Part shown: piece after piece, positions 41,892 through 52,784 of the stretch | How the letters are laid out: each line of letters starts with the position of its first letter | Position numbering within the stretch: the stretch's first letter is position 1 | NCBI GenBank assembly: GCA_963832175.1 | Contig: CAWHTC010000003.1 | Location: 886,080-950,079 of the forward strand | Source: an uncultured Alphaproteobacteria bacterium | GTDB lineage: Bacteria > Pseudomonadota > Alphaproteobacteria > Rhizobiales > Beijerinckiaceae | Direction of reading: 5' to 3' | Length of the DNA stretch: 64,000 nucleotides | Position numbers and translations under genes: made by a program | Notes under the pieces: model-generated | Told to the model about the DNA's origin: nothing | The model's input: only the letters and a program-made list of their open reading frames with translations | Database searches by the model: none

Positions 41892-42189
41892 AAGGTCCCT
41901 CCAAGTATTCGCTTATGATCTCGGAAAACCCGAGTGCCCGCCCTGTGCCGGGCCTCTAACTTGAAATCGTTTAGGTCCAAACTTGAGCCCGGCGGGCGTT
42001 ACGTTAACCGTGAGTAATGACTACACAAGGCCCATATGGGTTCGTTGAATATCAACCCAGCAAACGGGCATTTCTCCGCCATCGGCAAAATCGGATGTTG
42101 TCAATGCCAAACCCCCGGTTTGGAGGACGCCGGAGTTAAGCACGATTGAAACAACGCGCGAAGGCGTTGTGCCAATGCCATCGTGCTTA

Positions 42190-43125
42190 GAGTCCGTTTC
42201 GAAAGTTCGTCAACCATTGCAGAGCTTTCGTAGCATGAGTTCGAATGGAGGCGAAACGGAGGAAGACAAGGGCTGTGGCGTTGAGGTTCTCCCAATCCTT
42301 GGCCAGTCTTCGACAGCGGTTCAGCCATGCGATCGACCGCTCGACGATCCAGCGCTTGGGCAAGGTCACGAAGCCTTTCGCCTGATCGCAGCGTTTGACG
42401 ATCTCGATCTTTACACGAGGCAGAATGTCGGCGAGCGCGTCGCCAAAGATCGGCCCTTGATACGCGCTGTCGGCGAACAGTTTTTCGAGAAAGGGAAAGC
42501 GGCCGAACAGCGTCGAAAGCAGCAAGACGCCGCCGTCGCGATCCTGAATGCCGGCGCAATGAACGATGGCGCCCATCAGCAAGCCTTGCGTATCGACGAG
42601 AACGTGGCGCTTCTTGCCCTTGATCTTCTTGCCCGCGTCATAGCCGTGCGGATCGATGCGCGCCCCCCTTTTTCGGCGCTTTTCACGCTCTGGCTGTCGA
42701 TGATCGCCGCCGCTGGGCTCGCTTCGCGTTCGGCTTGTTCGCGACACTTCACGTAGAGCGCGTCGTGGATGCGATCCAGAATGCCGTCCCAAGCCCAGTC
42801 GCAAAAGTAGCGATACACCGTGCTCTTGGGCGGCAAATCCTTGGGGATGTAGCGCCATTGAGATCCCGTGCTCAGCACATACATGACGCCGTTGAACACC
42901 TCCCGCATGTCGGCTTCACGCTTGCGGCCGCCCCGTTTGGCCGGGGGAATGAGCGGCTCGACATGCGCCCATTCTTCGTCCGTCACGTCGCTCGGATAAC
43001 GCAGCTTGTCGCGATTGTATTTCGCCCGGTTTTCGTCCGTCCACATCGGCGGCCTCCAACGAATCAGACCGCCACTCTTGAATCACAAGTGATTCAGAGG
43101 ATTCAACATCTTTCGAGACGGACAC
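42190..43125 (-). mobile_element. IS5-family element, copy 2, with TTA target duplication
   Basis: TTA at 42187-42189 and 43126-43128; ORFs 42576-43046 and 42187-42858; IRs as in copy 1. Confidence 0.93.
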
Positions 43126-43191
43126 TTAGACCCCTTGATTTCCTACGATTTTACCGAAATCAGGCGACCGTTTTCCGGAACCGGGGCACGC

Positions 43192-43797
43192 TCAAAACTC
43201 GCGGGCGACCCCGGAAGCTTGCTCAATAGGCAGCGGATTTGCCGGCACCGAGCCGGGCGCCGGTAGAGCCACGGTCACGGTCTGGCTATTTTTCTCGACG
43301 GTCATTGTCCGCGACTCGACCGAGCGCAAAATCCATCCCGAGACTGTTTCGCCGACATGGAGACGAACGAGAGTTTTTGTGGTGCGGTCGAGCACAACCG
43401 CGACATTTTTGGGCTCGCCGATCGCCGTTCCGACGAGGGTGAGGAGCGGCTGCTCGGGTTCGGATGGTTGGGGCGGAGGCGGGGCCGCGGCTACCCGCTC
43501 GGCCACGACCGGCTGCATGGGCGGCCGCCGGGACGCCGAAAAAATCGGCCGTTCCCGGGTGGCGTCGAGCGTGCTAATTGGAATCCCCCACAGCGGATTG
43601 CCGCTCGGCGGCGGCTTTCGCGCGCCCGTATCCTTGCGGGCGGCAGGGAGTTGCTCCGTGTTTGGACTGGTCAGACCCATGTCCATTTCCCGCAGGGTCG
43701 CGCCGGCCGGCACCTGGGCGATGCCTTCGTTCACGGAAAAAGCGCCCATTGCCACGATCACGCAAGCGCAAAGCCTTATCATTTCGTCACCTGCCAT
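43192..43797 (-). CDS. T2SS accessory protein (GspN/GspC-like)
   Basis: GNPLWGIPISTLDATRERPIFSASRRPP; last gene of the gsp cluster. Confidence 0.65.
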   Translation of the reverse strand: MAGDEMIRLCACVIVAMGAFSVNEGIAQVPAGATLREMDMGLTSPNTEQLPAARKDTGARKPPPSGNPLWGIPISTLDATRERPIFSASRRPPMQPVVAERVAAAPPPPQPSEPEQPLLTLVGTAIGEPKNVAVVLDRTTKTLVRLHVGETVSGWILRSVESRTMTVEKNSQTVTVALPAPGSVPANPLPIEQASGVAREF

Positions 43798-44360
43798 TGT
43801 CCCGAGACATCGATTTGCACGCGCATCCGCGCAGCTTCCGTCTCAACGCCTGCTCCACCACCCGATTGCGGCATTTGTACCATGAGTTGGTCAATAAACA
43901 AAAACGGCATTCCCGATTCCAGATCGTAAAGCAACTGTTGCAAGGCGCCCTGGCCGACCTCGCAGTTTGCCGAGAGGCTGACGTAGCCTTGTTTAGCTTG
44001 CGACCCTTGCAAATCGACCTGTGAGGACAGCACATGCCCGCCCCCATCCCTGACGGCGGCAACGACCCGCTGTTGCAGCGCGGCGGCAGCGACTTCCACG
44101 GTCGGTCCCTCCAGAAACGGCGAGCCGGACATGCCAGACGCGAGGCCGGACGGCCCGGTCGCAGGCTTGCGGCCTTCGAGCCGGTCGAGCAAATCCGCCG
44201 CGGCCGTGTAATCCCCGTAATCGCCGGCAAGGCTTGCAAGCGCGAGCCAAGTAATAACCGCCAAACCCATGATCAGCGCGGCATAACCCAAAAGCGGCAG
44301 GGCGTCCGCACGTGTAAGAAATTTTTGGATCGGATGTGCGCGGAGCATGGGGCTGATCAT
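43779..44360 (-). CDS. gspM: Type II secretion protein GspM
   Basis: One TM segment, AAAALQQRV..., LQQLLYDLESGMPFLFID; position in cluster. Confidence 0.75.
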   Translation of the reverse strand: MISPMLRAHPIQKFLTRADALPLLGYAALIMGLAVITWLALASLAGDYGDYTAAADLLDRLEGRKPATGPSGLASGMSGSPFLEGPTVEVAAAALQQRVVAAVRDGGGHVLSSQVDLQGSQAKQGYVSLSANCEVGQGALQQLLYDLESGMPFLFIDQLMVQMPQSGGGAGVETEAARMRVQIDVSGQWQVTK

Positions 44361-45433
44361 AGACCTGGCGTGTAAACCGGCTCGATGTGAGCCTCGATGG
44401 AGAAACGCTCGCCCGACTCCGATGGCGATCGCGTTGTCGGGGCAAAAAAGGTCGCGCGGCTAAAATGCGAGGTCTGTTCCATGAGGCGGATCAAGGATGG
44501 GGCATCTCGCGTCACGCCGACGATCTGCATCTTGTCGCCAAGGATTCGGAGCTCGGTCAGATAAGTATCGTCCGGCAGCAGCCGCGATAAGGCGTCGATG
44601 ACAATGACGCTCGACGGCGTTTCATGCTTGTGCCGTTGCAAATCAAGCGCCGCCTCACTCGTCGCGTCGTGACCCGGTTGGATCGCGGCACGGCGCTCCG
44701 CGATGCGGCGCGTCAAATCGTCTCGTTGCGCCTCGATCACGCCGCCGATGACGGCCGTCGCCGCGACCGACACCGCGCTAAAAACGCCCGCAGTGGCAAG
44801 TAGCCCGATCAGAATACGCCGGATACGGCGCTGGCCGGCCGCCTGTCCGGTCTTCTGTTCGCATACCTTAATGGCCGCGACATCCGGCCGGGGTTGTTGT
44901 AACGCCGCCGATACAACGATCACATCGGCGCCGAGCTTCGCGATTGCGCTTATGAACGGCGCGATCAGCGTCCGCGCCGTCGCGGCGATTGTGACGGCCA
45001 TCCGGTCGTTGCCGGTTTCGGTCGAAGGGTACCAACCGAAGGCCGCATCGGCGGCACTCCACGGCGTCAGGCGGTCGATCTGGGCGCGGATAATTCCTTC
45101 GAGGAAATCCGAGGCACGGCACGGTAATTCGAGCAGCCGGAACATGAAACGATCTGGCTGGAGCACGAGTTCGACTTGGGCGCCGCGCAATATTTCCGCC
45201 AGTTTGGGCGAAACGGAGGTATCGATCTGCCCGTCGACGATGTATACGCGCTCCCCAGCCGAATCCAACGCTTCCCTTTGCGAGATCCCTTGCAGCACGA
45301 AAGCGCCGTCCTGCTGCTCGACGAGCTGGTAGAGACGCCTTGAGCGCAAGGATTCACGGCCCTCAACGATCGTCATTGCGACACGGTCGATCCAGCGGGA
45401 CGACGCTTCGAGAACTGCGCGATAGGAGTTCAT
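44357..45433 (-). CDS. gspL: GspL/PilN-domain protein
   Basis: LPCRASDFLEGIIRAQIDRLTPW, TM segment, LSRLLPDDTYLTEL PilN-like region. Confidence 0.75.
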   Translation of the reverse strand: MNSYRAVLEASSRWIDRVAMTIVEGRESLRSRRLYQLVEQQDGAFVLQGISQREALDSAGERVYIVDGQIDTSVSPKLAEILRGAQVELVLQPDRFMFRLLELPCRASDFLEGIIRAQIDRLTPWSAADAAFGWYPSTETGNDRMAVTIAATARTLIAPFISAIAKLGADVIVVSAALQQPRPDVAAIKVCEQKTGQAAGQRRIRRILIGLLATAGVFSAVSVAATAVIGGVIEAQRDDLTRRIAERRAAIQPGHDATSEAALDLQRHKHETPSSVIVIDALSRLLPDDTYLTELRILGDKMQIVGVTRDAPSLIRLMEQTSHFSRATFFAPTTRSPSESGERFSIEAHIEPVYTPGL

Positions 45434-45457
45434 GCAATCTCCGTTCTCCGTCCGAAC

Positions 45458-46357
45458 TCAGACGGGGCCGTCAAAATCGTCGTGCCAGGCTAGGATGCGA
45501 TAGGGCTCTAGGCTATTATTCTCGGTAATGAGGAGGACGGCATCGGCGTTCACCTGGCGGCCAGTGTCAAGGGTGATGTGAACGGCGGCCCGTATCGCCT
45601 TGCGCCCGCCTACCGCGACACTGGAACCCGCCGCACCAAGCAGACTCAAAACCGCTTGCGGATTTTGTGGATCGCGGCGCTTGAGAATATCTTCGACCAC
45701 GTTCGGGTTGATGCGGGGCAGGGCCCTGACAACCTCGGGCTCGGCCACGTTGACATCGATCTCCGCCCGGCCGTTGAAAACCGTCACAAAGGGGAGAGCG
45801 GCGGCCACGAGCGCCGCTGGCAGGTCCCGCACGAGCCGCAGTTCGGCGGCATTTTGAAAGGGGGCCTGGCGCGGCCCGTAGTTTAAGCCGGCGGATTTAT
45901 ACGCCCCGGCTTCCGGGTTTTGATTGCCCGGCCCCGGTTTTGTCCGCCAGGCAACGATGCGATCCGCATAGGAATCCGCGTCCTCGGGCTTTGCTCCGAG
46001 CACAACGCACAAGCCGGAAAGCAATGCCTTGGGTGCGAGGTTGAGGTCGATTCGCGCCCCCTCGGAACGAAACGACACGCCAACATGGGATCGTCCCAGT
46101 TGGAAGCCGAAGGCGCCCGAAGTTGGGCGCAAAGCGTCCTCGAACCCGATCAACCGGTAGGCGGTGAGTTCGAGCCCAGCGGCAATCAGAGCTTCGGTCT
46201 GAAGCCTGGAGTTGTACATGCGCGCGGCAATCGCTGTATTGGCGACATAAACCGCAAAGATGGATGCGAGCGCCGCCAGGGCGGCGAGAATCCACAGCAC
46301 CGCGACGATAATAAAGCCGTCCGCGCCTGGAGCATTCTTGAGTTCCGGTCGAGGCAT
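45458..46357 (-). CDS. gspK: Type II secretion protein GspK
   Basis: GFIIVAVLWILAALAAL, EGARIDLN, FQNAAELRLV, IDVNVA. Confidence 0.85.
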   Translation of the reverse strand: MPRPELKNAPGADGFIIVAVLWILAALAALASIFAVYVANTAIAARMYNSRLQTEALIAAGLELTAYRLIGFEDALRPTSGAFGFQLGRSHVGVSFRSEGARIDLNLAPKALLSGLCVVLGAKPEDADSYADRIVAWRTKPGPGNQNPEAGAYKSAGLNYGPRQAPFQNAAELRLVRDLPAALVAAALPFVTVFNGRAEIDVNVAEPEVVRALPRINPNVVEDILKRRDPQNPQAVLSLLGAAGSSVAVGGRKAIRAAVHITLDTGRQVNADAVLLITENNSLEPYRILAWHDDFDGPV

Positions 46358-46438
46358 AAAAAGGCTCTTAAGTTTCACTTTGCCGCATTTTCTTAAGGCG
46401 AATTTTCCTAAGGCAAACCTGCACCCATTGAGAATATC

Positions 46439-46640
46439 GGCTCTGTTGCAAAAAACAACGGGAAGAGCTGGATTCATGGCTGACGGGGATTTTGGCCATT
46501 ATCAGACTGAATAAATACCAAATTGCTTATTCATAAGATGGAGTTCTCCTGTAATGCCCTGTCCATGCAACCAGTAATCGAGCTGTCCTTTCTTGAACAT
46601 GCGCATAAGTTTTGTCGCAATAGCTTGCCCGTGCTTGACT
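46439..46640 (-). mobile_element. IS6-family remnant (3' end plus IR)
   Basis: GGCTCTGTTGCAAA at 46439 resembles the IS6 IR; MRMFKKGQLDYW..GQG..GE C-terminus. Confidence 0.6.
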
Positions 46641-46763
46641 GTTGAGCGGAGCGCCCCCTGCCAACCTCCGGGTCGGGGCTGACAGAGGGCGACGTGCGTC
46701 TTTGGCAACTCGTGCTACCAATTCTCTCCTGGGATCGTGTGAGTTACGAGGACATTAAGGCGA

Positions 46764-46789
46764 CATGCCCCTCGTTTGCGAGGGGCATG
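46764..46789. terminator. 11-bp GC-rich hairpin downstream of the 46849-47457 gene
   Basis: CATGCCCCTCG-TTTG-CGAGGGGCATG; U-tract weak. Confidence 0.45.
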
Positions 46790-46848
46790 CTGTAAACTCC
46801 GAATCAATATCGGCCTACTGCAGCCTGTTGGCTTACTTGGAGTAAAGT

Positions 46849-47457
46849 TCAACCACCAATGCAGAGCACCGACAGGGTAAAATCTAATACGTCTGTATTG
46901 GCAGCACCGGGCGCTTTTCTCCCCAAGAAGCGGAACGTGTGCGCCACATTTGCCGCTGCGGAGAACACGTTGTTGGTGGAAACGGGGTGTATGTTGGGAT
47001 CGTCCACGCCCGGCGTGTCCGTCAACTCAAGCGTGCGCTCGGCAGTGCCATCGGTAGGGGGGTTGCTGTTGTCGATGGTAACATTGAAGATATACCGTTG
47101 GTCGCCAACGTTCCCACCCGGGTTATTTACATCTGCGCTAGCTACGGTCAAACAGCTATGGAGATGGTTCTGAGCCGCCAAAGCTACGCTGCGGATGGTG
47201 ATCCAATCCGCGCTGCTGTTAATCAAAACGTTCCCGTTGCTACTCGAATTGAGCGTGAAATTACCTGCTTGGGCCGGCTGCGATACAAGCACAATGCATA
47301 CAGGCAACATGCTACACAGAAGAGTGGCAACCGTCCGGATCCCCTTTAATATGCGCGCATCCGCACACGATAACTTCGAAGATGGTTTGATAGATATAAC
47401 GCCTCGTTTTAGAGAAAGAAACTTCGTGATGGTGTTCATAGCAATTCCTCGTATCAA
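46849..47457 (-). CDS. Hypothetical secreted beta-rich protein inserted between gspJ and gspK
   Basis: AQA/G signal cleavage, beta-strand-rich mature part, 2 Cys, lower GC. Confidence 0.6.
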   Translation of the reverse strand: MIRGIAMNTITKFLSLKRGVISIKPSSKLSCADARILKGIRTVATLLCSMLPVCIVLVSQPAQAGNFTLNSSSNGNVLINSSADWITIRSVALAAQNHLHSCLTVASADVNNPGGNVGDQRYIFNVTIDNSNPPTDGTAERTLELTDTPGVDDPNIHPVSTNNVFSAAANVAHTFRFLGRKAPGAANTDVLDFTLSVLCIGG

Positions 47458-47739
47458 TGGCTAAGGCTTTGCGCATTCTTCGCAATGCCCCGATTTTTGC
47501 GGCGGCTTCGCCTTGAACCCGCATCGCCCGGATTGATTGTCACGAAACCGTTTCCTCCGCACCCCCTGGTAAGGGGATGTCGATTTTGCTAATCGTTCAC
47601 AGCGCGCGGGCGGCACAGGGGGTCAAATAGGGGTTCGTTTTGCCGTTTTTGTACGGCGAACCGGCATCGCCTTGGAAAGTCCGGCCAAAGTACCTTGCAC
47701 GATTCGGGCGGCCAAGGCCGCGTGGGGCGGAGCGGCTTA

Positions 47740-48486
47740 CTAAGGCTGCGGTCCCGGCCCGGGCTGAGCCGTCCCGGGTCCGTTTGGAATTGCCGTTCCG
47801 TTATTTTGACCGCCGCAAGCGGTTCCCGTGATCCGCACGCATTCGGCCGGCGCGTTCACATTTAGCAAGGTCGCCGTCGAAACCGGCAAGATCTGATCTG
47901 TCACGGCATTACGAACAGTCACGCGGACCGCATTTGGCAATTGCGTAACATCATGCCAGGCTTCTTGCCAGATGCGGTCGCGGCCCGCGAAGGCGAACGA
48001 AACGCGAAACGGCGGGCGCACCAGCACGATTGGATTGGTGAACTCAAGCGCGCCGGCATCGATGGCTTCGGCCGGGACCGGCACAAACGCGACCCGGTCG
48101 CGGACCAGGACGCGGCCCCGCGCGTCTTCCGTTTCCGCGAGTTGAACGATTTCGAGGCCGGCCAATGCGTTCGGGCCAATCGCGGATCGCACGAATGTTA
48201 CCGATGATGCCGTCCCGTTAAAGAAAGGGCGGGCATTCTCGCCGCCCGGCGACACGAATTCCGCCGCCGCGACGTCGGCGGCGATCCGGTCGAGGCCGAG
48301 ACCGAGCAGATCGGCACGCTGCACGCGGTCAAAGCCCGCCTTCCAGCCTGGCATCCACAGCGCCGTGACCGTGGCGAGAGTCGCGAGGAGCACGCCCATC
48401 AAGGCGATCGCGATAAGCGCCTCGAGAAGCGTGAACCCGCTCTCCGCGGACACGACGCGGGGGGCGGCGACGCGCCGGTTTTTCAT
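47740..48486 (-). CDS. gspJ: Pseudopilin GspJ
   Basis: SGFTLLEALIAIALMG prepilin motif. Confidence 0.8.
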   Translation of the reverse strand: MKNRRVAAPRVVSAESGFTLLEALIAIALMGVLLATLATVTALWMPGWKAGFDRVQRADLLGLGLDRIAADVAAAEFVSPGGENARPFFNGTASSVTFVRSAIGPNALAGLEIVQLAETEDARGRVLVRDRVAFVPVPAEAIDAGALEFTNPIVLVRPPFRVSFAFAGRDRIWQEAWHDVTQLPNAVRVTVRNAVTDQILPVSTATLLNVNAPAECVRITGTACGGQNNGTAIPNGPGTAQPGPGPQP

Positions 48487-48899
48487 CGCTCGCCGGTCCT
48501 TCTGGCAAGGCGTATGGTCTTGAGTTGAAGCACCGCTCCGGACGGCGATTGCACCTTGATGACAATTATTTGGGGTGTCCAGGATTGGGCCGCGCGCGGA
48601 TTAACGAAATCGCCCGGAAAAGGCGAGATATCCACAGACCAAGCTTGGTCATGCATTTCGCCCGAGAGAGTTCCGCTCGAAAGGCTCGTGCGATCGGGAA
48701 GGCCGGTTTCGACCGCTCGCAGGGTTTCGACGAGGCCGAAATGTTGCTCGATCCTTCCGGAACCGCGAATATTTCCCGCCATGAGTGAGCCGATGGCAGC
48801 CAAGGAGACCGCCGCGACGGCGAGCGCGACCAGGGCCTCGATGAGGGTGAACCCCGTGCTGGCGTCTCGGTCCTCATGGGCGTACCGCTCAAAAGGCAT
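48483..48899 (-). CDS. gspI: Pseudopilin GspI
   Basis: TGFTLIEALVALAVAA prepilin motif. Confidence 0.8.
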   Translation of the reverse strand: MPFERYAHEDRDASTGFTLIEALVALAVAAVSLAAIGSLMAGNIRGSGRIEQHFGLVETLRAVETGLPDRTSLSSGTLSGEMHDQAWSVDISPFPGDFVNPRAAQSWTPQIIVIKVQSPSGAVLQLKTIRLARRTGER

Positions 48900-49350
48900 T
48901 TTTTGGAACAACTTCGACCCCTCCCGTGAGCCAAGTGACGCGGACTTCGAGGGTTGTACCAAGCCGCGAGAGGAAAATCGTGCCGCCGCAGGACATGCCA
49001 GACGGAAGGAACTGGATTGCCGTTCCGGCGGCACGCCGGTCGCATTGGCTCGCCAGGATCGCATTAAACCCGACATCTTGGGGCAATCGCACCAAACGCC
49101 CGCTCGCGCCGGAACGGATCGTCCGGGATATCGAGCTAAGGTCCGTCGCGATGGTGACGCCGCGCCGGATGGCCGCGTTGCGATCGGCCTTGAGCAAGGC
49201 CGCCGTCTCCAGCGCATAGGCTTCGAGCATTGTCCGCGATGTTCCACGCGGAAACGCCGGCAAGGCGATGGCCGCGAGCATGGCTATGACGGCGAGGACA
49301 CAAATCGTCTCGAGCAAGGTAAACCCGGTCTCGCTCCGGCGCAACCTCAT
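48889..49350 (-). CDS. gspH: Pseudopilin GspH
   Basis: TGFTLLETICVLAVIAMLAA; IQFLPSGMSCGG. Confidence 0.8.
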   Translation of the reverse strand: MRLRRSETGFTLLETICVLAVIAMLAAIALPAFPRGTSRTMLEAYALETAALLKADRNAAIRRGVTIATDLSSISRTIRSGASGRLVRLPQDVGFNAILASQCDRRAAGTAIQFLPSGMSCGGTIFLSRLGTTLEVRVTWLTGGVEVVPKNAF

Positions 49351-49871
49351 CGTCGTTCCCAGCTCGTGATGGCGACCGCCGTGCCGGTCCCGCCTTCCTT
49401 GCCGGACGATCCGAGGGAAACGATCTCATAGGGGCCGTGTTCGCTGGGGGAACGGTACTTATAGGGATGCCCCCAAGGATCGTTGGGAACGGAGCCAGTC
49501 CTCAAATAGGGGCCGTTCCATCCGGTTTCTCCCCCCGGACGTCGCACCAGCGCGGCAAGGCCTTCGTTAGTCGAAGGATAGCGTCCGAGGTCGAGATAGA
49601 AAAGATCGAGCGAACTACCGAAGCTCTGGATCTGGATGGTCGCGGCTTTCACCTTGGACTCGCTGAGGTAATTGAGGACCCGCGGGCCGACAAGGCTCAT
49701 GAGCAGGCCGATGATCGTGATCACGACCAGGATTTCGATCAGAGTAAAGCCGTCTTCATGCCCGGTACCGGAGGTGCCGGCAATTTCGGCTTCACGCGAA
49801 CCGCGTTCCAAGCTTCGCTCCGGCCGCCGGATACCACGGGGCCACATGTTGCAGATATTCATCGCAATCAA
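49347..49871 (-). CDS. gspG: Major pseudopilin GspG
   Basis: DGFTLIEILVVITIIGLL, LDLGRYPST.EGL.AL, WNGPYL, DPWGHPY. Confidence 0.95.
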   Translation of the reverse strand: MIAMNICNMWPRGIRRPERSLERGSREAEIAGTSGTGHEDGFTLIEILVVITIIGLLMSLVGPRVLNYLSESKVKAATIQIQSFGSSLDLFYLDLGRYPSTNEGLAALVRRPGGETGWNGPYLRTGSVPNDPWGHPYKYRSPSEHGPYEIVSLGSSGKEGGTGTAVAITSWERR

Positions 49872-49878
49872 TCCTTAT

Positions 49879-51093
49879 TCATCCGACCACTTGGCTGACT
49901 GACATTAGAGCGGTCATGACCGAAACGATCAGGCCGCCGACAATGATACTGATGCAAACGATCGCCAGGGGGCCAGCGATACCGACCAGCCGATCGAGGC
50001 TGCGTTGAAGCTTGGCTTCGTAAAACTCGGCGATGCGTTGCGCGAGCATCGGCAGTTGACCCGACTCTTCGCCGAGCCGCAAGGTCCGAATGGCCATCGC
50101 CGGAATCACTCCAGTCTTGGCGAGCGCGTCGGAAAGCTTGCCGCCGTGGCGGACGAGATCGACGGTCTTGCTCCAGGCGGCGGAGCGTCCCGTCGTTGCC
50201 ATCAAATCGGCGAGTATTCGCAGCGTCGCCGTCAGCGGGACCCCGCTCGCGAGTAGGACACCGAGGTTGCGGCAGAAGATGGAGGTTCGATGAAAATCCA
50301 AAACCCGGCTGATGAAAGGCAAATGCGCGAGCGCTTCCATGATCCTGCCGCGCACCTCGGGACGGCGCAACAAAAACCAGCCGCCGCCGATGACGACGGC
50401 GAGTGCCGCCGCGAGCGCCGTGGTGTGGGCCCGCAGGAAATCCGAAAGAGCAAGGAAGGCGAGCACGATCGGGTCGAGCTTGGCGTTGAAGTCGCGCAGG
50501 ACCGCGCCAAATTGCGGCAGCACGAAAGTGAGGAAAAAGAGAAGCACGGCGCTTGCCGCCACCAAGACAAAGGCGGGATACCGCAGGGCGTCGCCGAAGC
50601 GTCGGCGCAGCGCCTCGGCCCGGACCCGTTCGGCACCGAGCACCTCCAGGATAGTGACCAGCGTGCCGGAGGCCTCGCCAACCCGAGCGAGCACGACATA
50701 CATGGGTGAAAATAAAGCTGGATGGTGGGCCAGCGCATCGGCGAAACTTTCGCCCGCGAGAATGGCCGCGGTGATCTTGGCGACCGTCGGCCGCAATCGG
50801 CCGATGTCCGAGTTGTCCGATAATAATTCGAGGGCATCGTTGATGCGGGCACCAGTTTGCAAAAGAAGCGCAAGATCGCCGGTGAAAATCGTCACGTCCG
50901 CGGGACGCGGACGCGACAGGATATTGAAGTCCCAGCGTGTGCCGGCCCTCGCGCCATCATCGCGGACGGTTTCGACCGGAATGAGGCCGAGATATTCGAC
51001 GCGCTCGGCGACCTCCGCCGCCGTGGCAGCCGCGATCGATCCGCTCACCACGTCGCCATTGGGGGTCAGGGCCCGGTAACGGAAACTCGTCAT
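49879..51093 (-). CDS. gspF: Type II secretion inner-membrane protein GspF
   Basis: GEASGTL, LRYP, GEESGQL duplicated T2SSF domains. Confidence 0.92.
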   Translation of the reverse strand: MTSFRYRALTPNGDVVSGSIAAATAAEVAERVEYLGLIPVETVRDDGARAGTRWDFNILSRPRPADVTIFTGDLALLLQTGARINDALELLSDNSDIGRLRPTVAKITAAILAGESFADALAHHPALFSPMYVVLARVGEASGTLVTILEVLGAERVRAEALRRRFGDALRYPAFVLVAASAVLLFFLTFVLPQFGAVLRDFNAKLDPIVLAFLALSDFLRAHTTALAAALAVVIGGGWFLLRRPEVRGRIMEALAHLPFISRVLDFHRTSIFCRNLGVLLASGVPLTATLRILADLMATTGRSAAWSKTVDLVRHGGKLSDALAKTGVIPAMAIRTLRLGEESGQLPMLAQRIAEFYEAKLQRSLDRLVGIAGPLAIVCISIIVGGLIVSVMTALMSVSQVVG

Positions 51094-51096
51094 GGC

Positions 51097-52784
51097 TCAC
51101 CGCACGGTCGTGACGCGAAGGACTTCGGCGGGCGAGGTGACGCCGGAGCGGCATTTCGTAACAGCGTCCTCGACCATGGTCGTCATACCGGAGCGTCTTG
51201 CCGCGAGATCGATCGCGCGCGCATCGGCGTGCGGTCCGACAAGTTCGTACACCTCGTCCTTCAATTCAAGCGCCTCGAATACCCCATTGCGGCCGCGATA
51301 GCCGGCGCCGCCGCAACGCTCGCAGCCGACCGGTTCGTGAACGCAATCGCCGGACCGCAGGCCAAGTGCATCGAGGCGGGGATCGGCGGCAAGATCGCCG
51401 GAGGTGAGAATGCGTTTCCGCTTGCACCGATCGCAAAGGATGCGAACCAGTCGTTGGGCGATCACCGCCCGCAACGTCGATTTGAGCAAGAAACCCTCGA
51501 CGCCAAGGTCGAGCAGGCGCGGAACCGCCGCCGCGGCATTTTCCGTGTGAAGCGTGGTCAGCACGAGATGGCCGGTGAGCGCGGCATGCACGGCGATATT
51601 CGCGGTCTCGGCATCGCGCACCTCGCCCACCATGATGACATCTGGATCTTGCCGGACGAAAGCCCGCATCGCGGTGGCGAAAGTAAGACCGATCGCGGGC
51701 TTCACCTGCGACTGATTCACGCCCTGAATCTCGTATTCGACCGGATCCTCGATCGTGAGAATCTTGCGCGACGGGTCGTTGAGAATTGAAAGCATGGTCG
51801 CAAGGGTCGTCGTCTTGCCGCTGCCGGTCGGCCCCGTCACGACGATCAAGCCATGCGGGAGCGAAAGCAGCCGGCGCACGATTTTCTCATCGGCGATCGA
51901 CAAGCCGAGTTTCGCGACGTCGAGCAAACCACGATCGCGCGGCAACAGGCGGATGACCGCCGATTCGCCGTGCTGGGACGGCATCGTGGCGACGCGAATA
52001 TCGATTTCCGAGCGTGCGACCTTCTGCCTTGCCGCGCCATCTTGCGGCAGGCGCCGTTCGGCGATGTTGAGGCCGGCGAGAAATTCTTGATCCGGGAGAT
52101 CAGGGCTTGCGGCAAGGCATTGGCCGGCGCGGCCACGGCGCGGAGCAAACCATCGACCCGCATGCGCACCACGAGGCCGTTCCGGAACGGTTCGATGTGT
52201 ATATCGCTGGCACGGAGCTCCAGGGCTTTTTCGAGCAAGTCGTTGACCGCGCGGACCACCGGGGCGCCGCTCGCCAGATCGCGGAGACTTTCAATGTCGT
52301 CCTCGGCTCGGGCGCCCGCGGCCCCCCTGTCCCCGGCCGCTGGTTCCTCGCCGCCAAGCTGCTCGCCGAGAACAGTCGCGATATCCTCGAAGGAGGCGAT
52401 CTCGACCAAAACCGGTGCGCCAAGGACGATTTCGGCGGCGCGGACAGCGGCGGTGTCGCTCGGGTCGGCGACGGCAAGCTTATATTGACCTTTTGGCAAT
52501 TCGAAGGGGAACACCGTAGTGTCGCGCAAGAATCGCGGCGAAAAGCGTCCGGTCAAGGCAGGCGCGGCAACGAGCTGGGGCAAGGTGAGCCGCTTCAAGC
52601 CATAAAATTGGGCGACTTCATCGGCGAATCCATTCGCGGTGAGCTCGGTCAACTCCCAAAGTTTGCGAAGGGATCGTTCCGCGTTGGACGCGCTCGAGGA
52701 TGCGGAGTCAAATACCGTGTCCGAAAGCAGATAATTTTTGTTCGCCAAATATTTTGCGAAGTCTTCAACCGCAATGGAACTCAT
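51097..52784 (-). pseudogene. gspE: Type II secretion ATPase GspE, frameshift at about 52083
   Basis: RASDIHIEP; GPTGSGKTTT, TIEDPVE, RQDPDVIMVGEVRD; AAG AAT TTC TC vs expected AAG ATT CTC. Confidence 0.92.

Noticed and set aside
41950-42186. Possible gspD fragment beyond IS5 copy 2
   Set aside because: Translations show no secretin motifs, and the IS has a clean TTA duplication, so no deletion is implied
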